A stretch of DNA of 64,000 bases from an uncultured Pelagibacteraceae bacterium (GTDB lineage: Bacteria; Pseudomonadota; Alphaproteobacteria; Pelagibacterales; Pelagibacteraceae), in NCBI GenBank assembly GCA_902627565.1, contig CACOJM010000007.1, positions 52 through 64,051 of the forward strand. The letters run 5' to 3'. Under the pieces are notes generated by a model, which worked only from the letters and a program-made list of their open reading frames with translations, did no database searches and was not told the DNA's origin. Each line of letters opens with the position of its first letter. Positions within the stretch are counted from its first letter, which is position 1. Below are positions 40,199 through 48,970 of the stretch, in pieces. Position numbers and translations under genes: made by a program.

Positions 40199-40984
40199 TT
40201 AGCCACCTAGAAATAAGCGACCTACATCAGGATTATTTAAAAGATCGTCTCCTTTACCGGCTATAGCAGTTTGACCAGAAACCAAGACATAACCTATATC
40301 AGCAAATTCTAAACCTTTTTTTGCGTTTTGTTCAACAAGGATTATTGTCTTTTTTTCATTCTCTTGCAGATCTCTTAATATTTCAAAAACCATATCAATA
40401 TATCTTGGTTCTAATCCGATAGATGGCTCATCAACTAATAATACTGAGGGCTTCATTACTAATGCTCTAGAAATTTCTAGCAATCTTCTTTCTCCTCCTG
40501 ACAAAACTTTTGCTGGTTGGCTTCTTCTATTTCTTAGTCTTTCATATTTTTCAAAAATTCTTTCAGCTTCTTGATATGACTCCTCTGTTTTTTCTTTTAT
40601 AAAACCACCCATTAAAAGATTTTCTTCTACAGTCATATCAGGAAAAACAGAGTTATCTTGAAGTATATAAGCTATTCCAACAGATTTTAATTTTTCCGCT
40701 GGTGTAAGATTTGTAATTTCTTTTCCATCAATCTCTATTTGTCCAGAAAATATATTTGTAAAACCATATATAGAGTGAAGTATTGTTGATTTACCAGCGC
40801 CATTCGGACCAATTAAACAAAGTGATTGCGCTTTACTTACGAAAAGATCAAAATTATGCAAAATTTCCATTTTACCATAACCAGCATTCATATTCTTAAT
40901 TGTAAGGTGTACATTATTTGGTGAAAGTTTTTTCAAATCCTCTGCCTCTGGAGCTTTTCCCAAAACTTCATATTGATTAGACAT
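40199..40984 (-). CDS. LIV ABC ATPase (LivF-like, second system)
   Basis: GPNGAGKST, LSGGERR, DEPSIGL, VEQNA. Confidence 0.88.
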   Translation of the reverse strand: MSNQYEVLGKAPEAEDLKKLSPNNVHLTIKNMNAGYGKMEILHNFDLFVSKAQSLCLIGPNGAGKSTILHSIYGFTNIFSGQIEIDGKEITNLTPAEKLKSVGIAYILQDNSVFPDMTVEENLLMGGFIKEKTEESYQEAERIFEKYERLRNRRSQPAKVLSGGERRLLEISRALVMKPSVLLVDEPSIGLEPRYIDMVFEILRDLQENEKKTIILVEQNAKKGLEFADIGYVLVSGQTAIAGKGDDLLNNPDVGRLFLGG

Positions 40985-41724
40985 TATTGTGCCCCCAAGT
41001 ATGCATCAATTACACGTTTATCATTTTTAATTTCATCTGGTGTTCCATTTGCAAGCATCTTACCATGAGCTAAACAATAAATACTTTCTGCTAATTGCAT
41101 AATTACTCTCATATTGTGTTCAATTACTAAAAGAGTAATTCCAAAATCTTGATTAACTTTTATCAATCTATCAATGATACCATTAATTAATGTTGGATTT
41201 ATGCCTGCTGTTGGTTCATCTAATAAAAGCATTTCAGGTTCATTCATCAAAGCCATTGCAAGCTCTAATAATTTTTGTTGGCCAAATGATAAATCTCCAG
41301 CTCTTAATTTTCTTTTTTGATAAAGTCCGACAAAGTTTAAAAGATTCTCTGCTTTTTCTGTTAAATCTTTTGGTATCTTAGAAAATATCTTTAATATACT
41401 TTCATCACTTCCTTTATGACTAATTAGCATATTGTCTACACAATTTAATTTTCCATAAATTCTAGTTTGCTGAAAAGTTCTTAATAATCCAAGTTTAGCA
41501 ATAACTGGGACAGGTAATTCAGATACTTCTTTACCATTAAATTTAATAGAACCATTATCTATAGGATAAGTTCCGACAATCGAATTAAATAAGGTTGTTT
41601 TTCCTGAACCATTAGGACCTATTAATCCAAATATTTTTCCTTTTTCTACAGACATAGAAATTTCTACATTAGCTTTAACACCTCCAAACGATTTACTTAC
41701 ATTAGTAACTTCTAAAATACTCAT
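40984..41724 (-). CDS. LIV ABC ATPase (LivG-like, second system)
   Basis: GPNGSGKTT, LSFGQQK, DEPTAG, IEHNM. Confidence 0.88.
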   Translation of the reverse strand: MSILEVTNVSKSFGGVKANVEISMSVEKGKIFGLIGPNGSGKTTLFNSIVGTYPIDNGSIKFNGKEVSELPVPVIAKLGLLRTFQQTRIYGKLNCVDNMLISHKGSDESILKIFSKIPKDLTEKAENLLNFVGLYQKRKLRAGDLSFGQQKLLELAMALMNEPEMLLLDEPTAGINPTLINGIIDRLIKVNQDFGITLLVIEHNMRVIMQLAESIYCLAHGKMLANGTPDEIKNDKRVIDAYLGAQ

Positions 41725-42770
41725 TTTAATTCCACCTGTGCTTTACGATCTGCTTCATCAACAACTTCACCAAATCTCTCAGGATATTTTTCCCTCAACC
41801 ATCCCATAATTCCCTCAGGGAAATAAATTACAATTACAACTATTAAAACACCTAAGGCAACATACTGCCAACCCAAGAAGAATGTCCAGAACCCCTCTTT
41901 AAAGATATGAAAAACTGTTGCTCCAATTACAGGACCCCATAAAGTTCCTTTACCACCTAAAATAGCCATTAGGACCATAAACACTCCCATCTCTCTTCCA
42001 TCAAATGCGACATCAGTCGAGTCTATATAGCCAACTAATCCTCCCATAATTCCTCCTGCCAATCCGCAGAAGAAAGCAGAAACCATCCAACCAATAATTT
42101 TGTACTTCATTGTTTCGATTCCCATTGCTTCAGCCTTATCTTCATTATCTCTAATTGCATTAAGAATTAATTTAAATCTAGTTGAGTAAATTGCTCTTAC
42201 AGCTAAAAACGTTAATACAAGTGCTCCAAAACTTAAAAAGTAAAAAAATTCTCCTCTAGCCTCCAAACCACCTACATTAGGAAAAGGTGGAGTTGTGAAA
42301 CCTTGACCAGCTCCAATAATTTCTATACCTCCAGAAATTTCACCAGCTGCAACTCCTAAACCTAAGGTGCAAATTGCAAAATAATGTCCTCTTAACCCTA
42401 AGATTGCGTAACCAATTATGCCTGCAATAAGTGTTGGGACTACTGCTGCAACCACAAGTCCTGCTGCCATTCCTTGAAAAAATTGAGTAGGAGTATGTAC
42501 AAAAGTTTTTTCTCCTCCACTTTCAGTCCACTCTGCTAACGGAAAAAACATTCCTACTTGGACGGATGCACATAAATACATTCCTAAACCATAAAATAAA
42601 ATATTTCCAAATGTGTTATAACCCATCTCACCACCTTGAATATTCCAAGTGGTTGCTAAAATAATTAATACACAAAGAATTGATAGTTGAACTTTAAATG
42701 CTGGAAAAACAAAAGGAGCTACTAATCCAAATACTAAAATTACACCATATATTATTGCGTTTTTATTCAT
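41721..42770 (-). CDS. LIV ABC permease (LivM-like, second system)
   Basis: LRGHYFAI, AIRDNEDKAEAMG, LGGKGTLWGP. Confidence 0.85.
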   Translation of the reverse strand: MNKNAIIYGVILVFGLVAPFVFPAFKVQLSILCVLIILATTWNIQGGEMGYNTFGNILFYGLGMYLCASVQVGMFFPLAEWTESGGEKTFVHTPTQFFQGMAAGLVVAAVVPTLIAGIIGYAILGLRGHYFAICTLGLGVAAGEISGGIEIIGAGQGFTTPPFPNVGGLEARGEFFYFLSFGALVLTFLAVRAIYSTRFKLILNAIRDNEDKAEAMGIETMKYKIIGWMVSAFFCGLAGGIMGGLVGYIDSTDVAFDGREMGVFMVLMAILGGKGTLWGPVIGATVFHIFKEGFWTFFLGWQYVALGVLIVVIVIYFPEGIMGWLREKYPERFGEVVDEADRKAQVELK

Positions 42771-43663
42771 TATTTTAAGTACTCTCTTTTTCTAGAAAGT
42801 TTAAATCTTCTATAAACTAAAATTAAAACTAACAATAAGAATACTGAGCCAATTCTAAATTCTGTGCCCAATATATAATCTGCAAATTCCTCAAATACAC
42901 CAAGGCCCATTCCTGACATCGCAACACCAGGTAAATTTCCTAAACCAGCAACAATGACAATCATAAATGATCGTATTGTATATGGTAATCCCATATAAGG
43001 ATGTATAGTAAAAGTTATTGAAATTAATGCTCCTGCAACACCACAAAGAGCAGCATTTATTCCAAAAGTAGCAGCATAAACCTTTTCAGTATCCACTCCT
43101 AAAATCTTTGCTGCTCTGGCATTTTGAGCAGTTGCTCTTATCGCACGCCCAAGCTTAGATTTTTTCATATAAATTACTAAACAAATTGCAAATACTATAC
43201 TTATAAATGCTGAGAATATTTTTGAGTTAGGTAATGTTACATTATTATCAAATAACATAGTTGTACCATAACCAGAATTAGCAAGAACAACATCTGCACC
43301 GAAAGCGAAATTCATTAATTGCATGAATAAAATACTTATTCCAAATGTTGCAAGAATTGAGATGAATAAGTCTCTGTCAACTACTTTGTTAATTACTAAC
43401 TTATAAATTCCAACTCCAATAAAATACATTATAATTGGTGAAACAATTACGCCCCATGCAGGATGAATTCCATAGAGATACATAAAGTAAGCAATATATC
43501 CTCCAAGGATAACTAAATCACCTTGAGCTATATTTATGATATTCATAACCCCCCATTGAAGAGCCATGCCATAAGCAATCAATGCAAATAAAATACCAAG
43601 AAGTAATCCGTCCAAGCAAGCTTGAACGGTAATCATTGGATATTGAAAAACCATGAAATCCAT
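42770..43663 (-). CDS. LIV ABC permease (LivH-like, second system)
   Basis: WGVMNIINIAQG, GRAIRATAQN, AGLGN. Confidence 0.85.
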   Translation of the reverse strand: MDFMVFQYPMITVQACLDGLLLGILFALIAYGMALQWGVMNIINIAQGDLVILGGYIAYFMYLYGIHPAWGVIVSPIIMYFIGVGIYKLVINKVVDRDLFISILATFGISILFMQLMNFAFGADVVLANSGYGTTMLFDNNVTLPNSKIFSAFISIVFAICLVIYMKKSKLGRAIRATAQNARAAKILGVDTEKVYAATFGINAALCGVAGALISITFTIHPYMGLPYTIRSFMIVIVAGLGNLPGVAMSGMGLGVFEEFADYILGTEFRIGSVFLLLVLILVYRRFKLSRKREYLK

Positions 43664-43680
43664 AATTTACTCTATAAAAA

Positions 43681-43709
43681 AAATACCCCCTAAAATTTAG
43701 GGGGTATTT
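43681..43709 (-). terminator. Intra-operon hairpin/terminator after the substrate-binding gene
   Basis: AAATACCCCCTAAA-a-TTTAGGGGGTATTT followed by a T-run on the minus strand. Confidence 0.85.
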
Positions 43710-43721
43710 GTAGATTTGTTA

Positions 43722-44960
43722 TTATCTTTCAGACCACTTAGGAATTGGGTGAATTAACTTAGCTGAAGCCCACTTAGTTGGAGCCACAACTTTGTTTTCA
43801 CATTTTCCTGAGCCATCACACATTACTTGGAAAAGTACCATTGGCTTGTCAACATTTTGACCACCCGGTGCAAATTTTATATTTCCATAAAATGTTTGCA
43901 TATTAGTAGCTGCTAAAGCATCTCTTACTTTTTTCTTATCGAAAGAATTTGCTCTTTCAAAAGCATCTTTAAAAACTAATAATGCAGCTGAAGACTCTGC
44001 TGATTGGTATGGCGGATCATATCCAAACTCTTTTTGAAAATCTGCCGCATATTTCATACCATCCTTAAAGAAATTATCTTTGTAAGTTAATGTCTTATGC
44101 CATTGAGAAGCACACAAAGCATACTGTGAATTCTTACCATGTTGTTTTGATAATTTCGCAGCATCACAATGTGTCATCGCTAGCATAGGTACATCTACTT
44201 TCATTTCAGCTATTTGTCTTATAGCAGTCAATGCACCTTTAGTATGACCTGAAACAACTAGAACATCTGGCTTCATTTGTTTTACTTTAACTAATGTAGC
44301 AGCCATATCATTTAGTTCTTTTGGTAATTTATCATCAATTACTTTTTTAGAACCTGTTCTTTCGATTGCATCTAAAACTCCCAATCTTACATCTTGAGAA
44401 AATGCATCTTGTTCAAATGCCATTGCAACTGTTACTGGTTTTCCATTATTCTTTTCTACCGCTAAATCAATAGCAACATCAAGATATAAATTAGCTGGAG
44501 CTAATACTGCAAAAAGATATTTGTATCCTTTAGTAAACAAAGATCTAGAAGCACCATTTGCCTCAACCATTGGTACACCATATTTTTCAGTTACTGGTGC
44601 AATTGCTTTTGTTAATCCAGAGCTATATGGCCCAAGCATAAACTCAACACCATCTTGAGAAATTAATCTTTCTGCTAATTGAGCTGCTCTTTTTGGGTTT
44701 GATTCATCATCATAATAAATGATTTCAAACTTATAAGTTTTTCCACCAACTTTTACTCCACCCATGCTGTTAATTCTGTCAACGGCCATATTATAACCGT
44801 TTTGAGTATGAACACCATTAGATGAATATTTACCAGTCAATGAAATTGCAGCGCCAAGAACAATTTTATCACCCACTACTTTTGCAAAAGATACAACAGA
44901 AGTTGAAAGTAAAATTGCTACTGCAGAAATAAAACTCAAAATTAATTTATTTATTTTCAT
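43722..44960 (-). CDS. LIV-type ABC substrate-binding protein (second system)
   Basis: Signal peptide, SLTGKYS, YDDES, LGPYSSG, TFYG.IKF. Confidence 0.88.
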   Translation of the reverse strand: MKINKLILSFISAVAILLSTSVVSFAKVVGDKIVLGAAISLTGKYSSNGVHTQNGYNMAVDRINSMGGVKVGGKTYKFEIIYYDDESNPKRAAQLAERLISQDGVEFMLGPYSSGLTKAIAPVTEKYGVPMVEANGASRSLFTKGYKYLFAVLAPANLYLDVAIDLAVEKNNGKPVTVAMAFEQDAFSQDVRLGVLDAIERTGSKKVIDDKLPKELNDMAATLVKVKQMKPDVLVVSGHTKGALTAIRQIAEMKVDVPMLAMTHCDAAKLSKQHGKNSQYALCASQWHKTLTYKDNFFKDGMKYAADFQKEFGYDPPYQSAESSAALLVFKDAFERANSFDKKKVRDALAATNMQTFYGNIKFAPGGQNVDKPMVLFQVMCDGSGKCENKVVAPTKWASAKLIHPIPKWSER

Positions 44961-45050
44961 TTTATTCCTTTGGTTAATTAATTAATTAAAAATGAATTAA
45001 ATAAAGAAATTAATTATTTTTCAAGTGGCAAATGCATCATAATAGATATG

Positions 45051-45665
45051 TCAATATTGTTGTGTAACAATAATTATTAATGCTATAACAACTAAAACAC
45101 TCGCTGAGATTGTATTAATTGTTTTAGGATTTGCTTTTATCCAACTAATTAATTTTTGTGCAAGCATTGCATATCCCATTAAAGATAAAAAATCTAAAAG
45201 TATATAAGTTGTTATTAAAATAAAGAATTGAACAATATAATTTGAGTTAAAATCAATAAATTGTGGAAATATTAAAGGAAAAAACAACCAAGCCTTTGGA
45301 CTAGTTCCTGCAACTAAAAAACCATCTTTAAAAAAAGAAAAAAAACTTTTTGAAGTAATTACTTTTGAATCTATATCTTTTGGTGAAGATTTATAAACAT
45401 CATATGCTAAATAAAGTAAATATAATACTCCAACCCACTTAAAAAAATTTAAAAAATTAGGATTATCAGAAAGAAAAGTCCCTAAAACAAATATAACTAA
45501 CGTTGCTTGAATAAAATTTGCAGTAATATCGCCTAAAGCAGTCCATACACATTTTTGAACACCGTAATTCATTGAATAAGAGACGATAACTACTCTAGGT
45601 GTACCAGGTGTAATAAATAAAAAAATTATAATTTGTAAAAAAAGGACAAAATCTAAAGGGAGCAT
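45051..45665 (-). CDS. rhtB: LysE/RhtB family exporter
   Basis: ITPGTP, GVLYLLYLA, GFLVAGTSPKAWLFF. Confidence 0.75.
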   Translation of the reverse strand: MLPLDFVLFLQIIIFLFITPGTPRVVIVSYSMNYGVQKCVWTALGDITANFIQATLVIFVLGTFLSDNPNFLNFFKWVGVLYLLYLAYDVYKSSPKDIDSKVITSKSFFSFFKDGFLVAGTSPKAWLFFPLIFPQFIDFNSNYIVQFFILITTYILLDFLSLMGYAMLAQKLISWIKANPKTINTISASVLVVIALIIIVTQQY

Positions 45666-45721
45666 AAAAAAAAAGATAGTCCTTAAAAACCGGGAGCTAA
45701 AGATGGCTAAGAAGGACTATC
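45666..45721 (-). ncRNA. Structured leader or sRNA upstream of rhtB (hairpin plus U9)
   Basis: Perfect 10-bp stem GATAGTCCTT/AAGGACTATC around a 27-nt loop, followed by T9 abutting the ATG. TATAAT lies at 45734-45729, just upstream. Confidence 0.6.
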
Positions 45722-45785
45722 GAACTTAATTATATCAGATCCAAAAAAAAATGCATTATCGATTTTTTTCAAATATAAAGGATTT

Positions 45786-46082
45786 ATGAAAAAAAAAGGT
45801 CACAGGCCCATAACTCGGGTCAAAAATCCAGAGCCAAATGTGGAGGATCCAGATTGGGTCATCTGGGCAGCCTGGGCTGACAGGATTACGTTTGAGGAAA
45901 TTAAAAAAAAAACTGGTTATTCAGAATCCCAAGTCATCAAAATTATGAGAAAATCACTAAAGCCAGCTTCCTTTAGATTATGGAGAAAAAGAGTCCATGA
46001 AAAAAGTATTAAACACAGAAAAAAATTTGAATATTCGCGTAAACAAATATCTAGTAAAATTAAAAAAGGTGATTATTTATAG
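45786..46082 (+). CDS. TIGR03643/DUF2805 family protein
   Basis: AWADRITFEEI...E..VIKIMRKSLKPASFRLWRKRV. Confidence 0.75.
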   Translation: MKKKGHRPITRVKNPEPNVEDPDWVIWAAWADRITFEEIKKKTGYSESQVIKIMRKSLKPASFRLWRKRVHEKSIKHRKKFEYSRKQISSKIKKGDYL

Positions 46083-46085
46083 ACT

Positions 46086-46340
46086 ATGAAAAAAATTACT
46101 ATTTATACTGGTCCATTATGCAATTATTGTGATGCTGCAAAGAGATTACTAACTAGAAACAATGCACCTTACAATGAAATTAATATTGCAACAGTTGATG
46201 GAGCAATGGATGAAATGATTAAGAAAGCTAATGGTAAAAGAACAATTCCTCAAATATTTTTTGACGACCAACACATTGGCGGTTACGATGAAGTAAGAGC
46301 TTTAGAAAAAGAAAATAAACTTCAGGATTTACTTAAATAA
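46086..46340 (+). CDS. grxC: Glutaredoxin 3
   Basis: CNYC, TIPQIF, HIGGYD. Confidence 0.93.
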   Translation: MKKITIYTGPLCNYCDAAKRLLTRNNAPYNEINIATVDGAMDEMIKKANGKRTIPQIFFDDQHIGGYDEVRALEKENKLQDLLK

Positions 46341-46356
46341 AATTAAAAAAATTAAT

Positions 46357-46656
46357 TTATCTCAAGATACTCATAGGATCATAATAACAATCCATTTGCT
46401 CTATTGTTTCAAAAAATATTTGATTTAATTCAGTTGAATGATGAGTTGGACAAATATTTACAGCATTTAAGTTATTTATATAATCATTTTTTACTTTATT
46501 GATCGCTAATGAGCTAGATAAAGATGATGTAGCTTGCAAAACACTTCCAGAATGAGCAAAAGTTAAACTTGGGCCAACCATTGCACTATATTGTGTGCAA
46601 TTATTTAAAATTGGCAACAAAAGAATTATTAAAATTATTTTTTTCACAAAATTCAA
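46357..46656 (-). CDS. Hypothetical small lipoprotein
   Basis: Hydrophobic N-terminus ending ILNNC; TTG start. Confidence 0.55.
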   Translation of the reverse strand: MNFVKKIILIILLLPILNNCTQYSAMVGPSLTFAHSGSVLQATSSLSSSLAINKVKNDYINNLNAVNICPTHHSTELNQIFFETIEQMDCYYDPMSILR

Positions 46657-46695
46657 CTTATATAAAAATTTTAAATTTAAAATGCTTAAATTTAT

Positions 46696-46705
46696 CCAAT
46701 TTGGG
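46696..46705. promoter_or_regulatory. CCAATTTGGG motif copy 1
   Basis: The same 10-mer recurs at 54922-54931 (reverse complement) and 63939-63948; all copies are intergenic. Confidence 0.5.
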
Positions 46706-46744
46706 TTTTAAATCCGAATTTTTTTTTATATTTACTTAAGTGAG

Positions 46745-48964
46745 TTAAAATGTGCCAAAAATTTCAAGATTTGCACCGTAATCAGGGATTTTACTAAATA
46801 AACTATAGTTTGAATTTAATTTTAAATTAAAATTACCCATTTGTTTTAGATAACTGACTTTCGTATTATTATTATTTGTTGGGTCATAAATTACATCAAA
46901 ATTTGCATTTTGTTTATTTACGTTACCAAACTTAATGAACAAACTATCTTTGTGACCACTTTTGTCCAGACTTTGAAATCTTTCATAGTTAATTGCAATT
47001 GTACGACCATCTAAACTCATATATTCAAAACCTATATTCCCTTTTACATTGTGTAATGAATGGTTATTTATAGTTTTTTTAAGAGTAATATTATCCACAT
47101 GATTTTTTACATAATGATCAATGTTTGGTGTTAAGTCATAAATATATTCAATAAATCCATTTCGACTTATAGTGTCATCATTTAAATATAAGATATTGTC
47201 AAATTTCAAACCTGCAGAAATATTTCCTGTTTTAAATGTAAGACTCTCGTGACTTTCAACGCTATTAGAGACAACACCAAAATCGGTATAATCTGAAAAT
47301 TGAGTAATTCCCATTTCAAGCTTTCCAAATGGAATTAATTCATATTTGGTATACTCATTTTCATTTTCATAGCTCATTGACGTATAAATTTGTTTTCCAT
47401 TTCTTTTACCTGTAACCTGATCTTTGCCTAACTGGTCTATCATTAAATAACTAGCACCAAATAATAAATTAAGATTTGACCGGTTTTTTAGAGGTACACT
47501 ACTGTATATATTCAGAGAAAACGTTTGTGCATCTAATTCATCACTTGACCCATCATCTATATCAACCTCGTCATTACCGTATCGAAATGCATAACCAAAA
47601 ATCTTTTTATCTACTAATTTGTCCGAACCAAACATAATACCTCTAGTCTTAACTTCCTTAGGTTTAGAGGATGCTGTATCACCAACTCTTCCAAATGAAA
47701 TATCTACGTGTGACCAGTAAGACCAATTCTTTTTATTTATTTTAGAATTTTCTTTTTTTAACGATGCTTGAGTATATTCAATATTATCTAATGAATTTTC
47801 TAAGTTCGTTTTCAATGCTGCTAAAATTGGATTATGAATATTCAATTTAACTTCATGATTAGTTAAATTAGCTCTTTCATCGTTTCTCCGTAACCATTCA
47901 AATCTTTTGAAAATTGTTGAAGAGTTTTGATGAATTACATTTTTAGCAATTTCTACTTGAGCCCCTATTGCTGTAACAGCATCTGTTTCACATATTACAA
48001 TTCCATAAGGACAAACTAAATCATATTCATATACTCTATCGAGATCACCTGATGCATCAATTTCGTACGTTGTCTGATAGAGTTTCATTCCGTCACTAGA
48101 AAAGCCTAATCCAATTGGAGTTCCTATTCCACCTGATGCATCAAAGAAATTTGTTATACTCCCAACAAAAGTTGCTGTGCTTGTATGAAAAGGTGTCGAT
48201 AATTTATAGACAGCAATTTTGGCATTAGCATTTGCGGATGTATGAGAGTCAATTACATACATTCTTGTTCCATCATCATCAAATTCTACATCTTGTTCGA
48301 ATAATGAAAGTTTACTAGTAACAACTAATTCATTTACAAAAGTTGCTGTGGATGGAACAAAAGGAGTGCTTAAATCATATTCCACCACTCCTCCATCTGC
48401 TATCTCATTATCACCACCATCGACAAAATACATCTTAGTTCCATCATTATTAAATGTGATATCACGTGGTCTAACATCCCCATCACCAGCACTAAATGCA
48501 GTTTTATAATCACTAACTCCATCATCTGCATCTTGTGAAAAATTTGAGATATCATACGGAGTAGTCAGAGTATGAATATTAAATGTACCGTTTTGACTTA
48601 TAACAAAAACTTTTGTCCCATCACTATTAAATTCATGACCTTGAACAAAAGTACCTACATCATCAGATCCAGCATCCAAATTTAATCGAACCTCAGAAGA
48701 AGTATCCATTGTGCTAATATCGAAAGGTGTAGTTAAAGTAAATTGACGTATAAAAGCAAAACCCGTTTCATTAGTAAAATTAGTGAAATGAATTTTTGTT
48801 CCATCTGGACTTAAAGTAACATCTGCTGGACCACCAATATCATCACCAGTAATATCAGTTACAGAAGCTGATTGCTTAAAAACTGGCATAACTACTGCAA
48901 ATGAATTTGAGGTTAAAACAAAAAAAGAAATAATGAAAATTTTAAAAAATATCTTCTGAATCAT
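46745..48964 (-). CDS. Autotransporter-like surface protein with beta-propeller passenger
   Basis: Signal peptide; five xxDGTK-type blades with L(S/T)TP(F/Y) repeats; C-terminal amphipathic beta strands; terminal Phe. Confidence 0.7.
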   Translation of the reverse strand: MIQKIFFKIFIISFFVLTSNSFAVVMPVFKQSASVTDITGDDIGGPADVTLSPDGTKIHFTNFTNETGFAFIRQFTLTTPFDISTMDTSSEVRLNLDAGSDDVGTFVQGHEFNSDGTKVFVISQNGTFNIHTLTTPYDISNFSQDADDGVSDYKTAFSAGDGDVRPRDITFNNDGTKMYFVDGGDNEIADGGVVEYDLSTPFVPSTATFVNELVVTSKLSLFEQDVEFDDDGTRMYVIDSHTSANANAKIAVYKLSTPFHTSTATFVGSITNFFDASGGIGTPIGLGFSSDGMKLYQTTYEIDASGDLDRVYEYDLVCPYGIVICETDAVTAIGAQVEIAKNVIHQNSSTIFKRFEWLRRNDERANLTNHEVKLNIHNPILAALKTNLENSLDNIEYTQASLKKENSKINKKNWSYWSHVDISFGRVGDTASSKPKEVKTRGIMFGSDKLVDKKIFGYAFRYGNDEVDIDDGSSDELDAQTFSLNIYSSVPLKNRSNLNLLFGASYLMIDQLGKDQVTGKRNGKQIYTSMSYENENEYTKYELIPFGKLEMGITQFSDYTDFGVVSNSVESHESLTFKTGNISAGLKFDNILYLNDDTISRNGFIEYIYDLTPNIDHYVKNHVDNITLKKTINNHSLHNVKGNIGFEYMSLDGRTIAINYERFQSLDKSGHKDSLFIKFGNVNKQNANFDVIYDPTNNNNTKVSYLKQMGNFNLKLNSNYSLFSKIPDYGANLEIFGTF

Positions 48965-48970
48965 GTTGGA

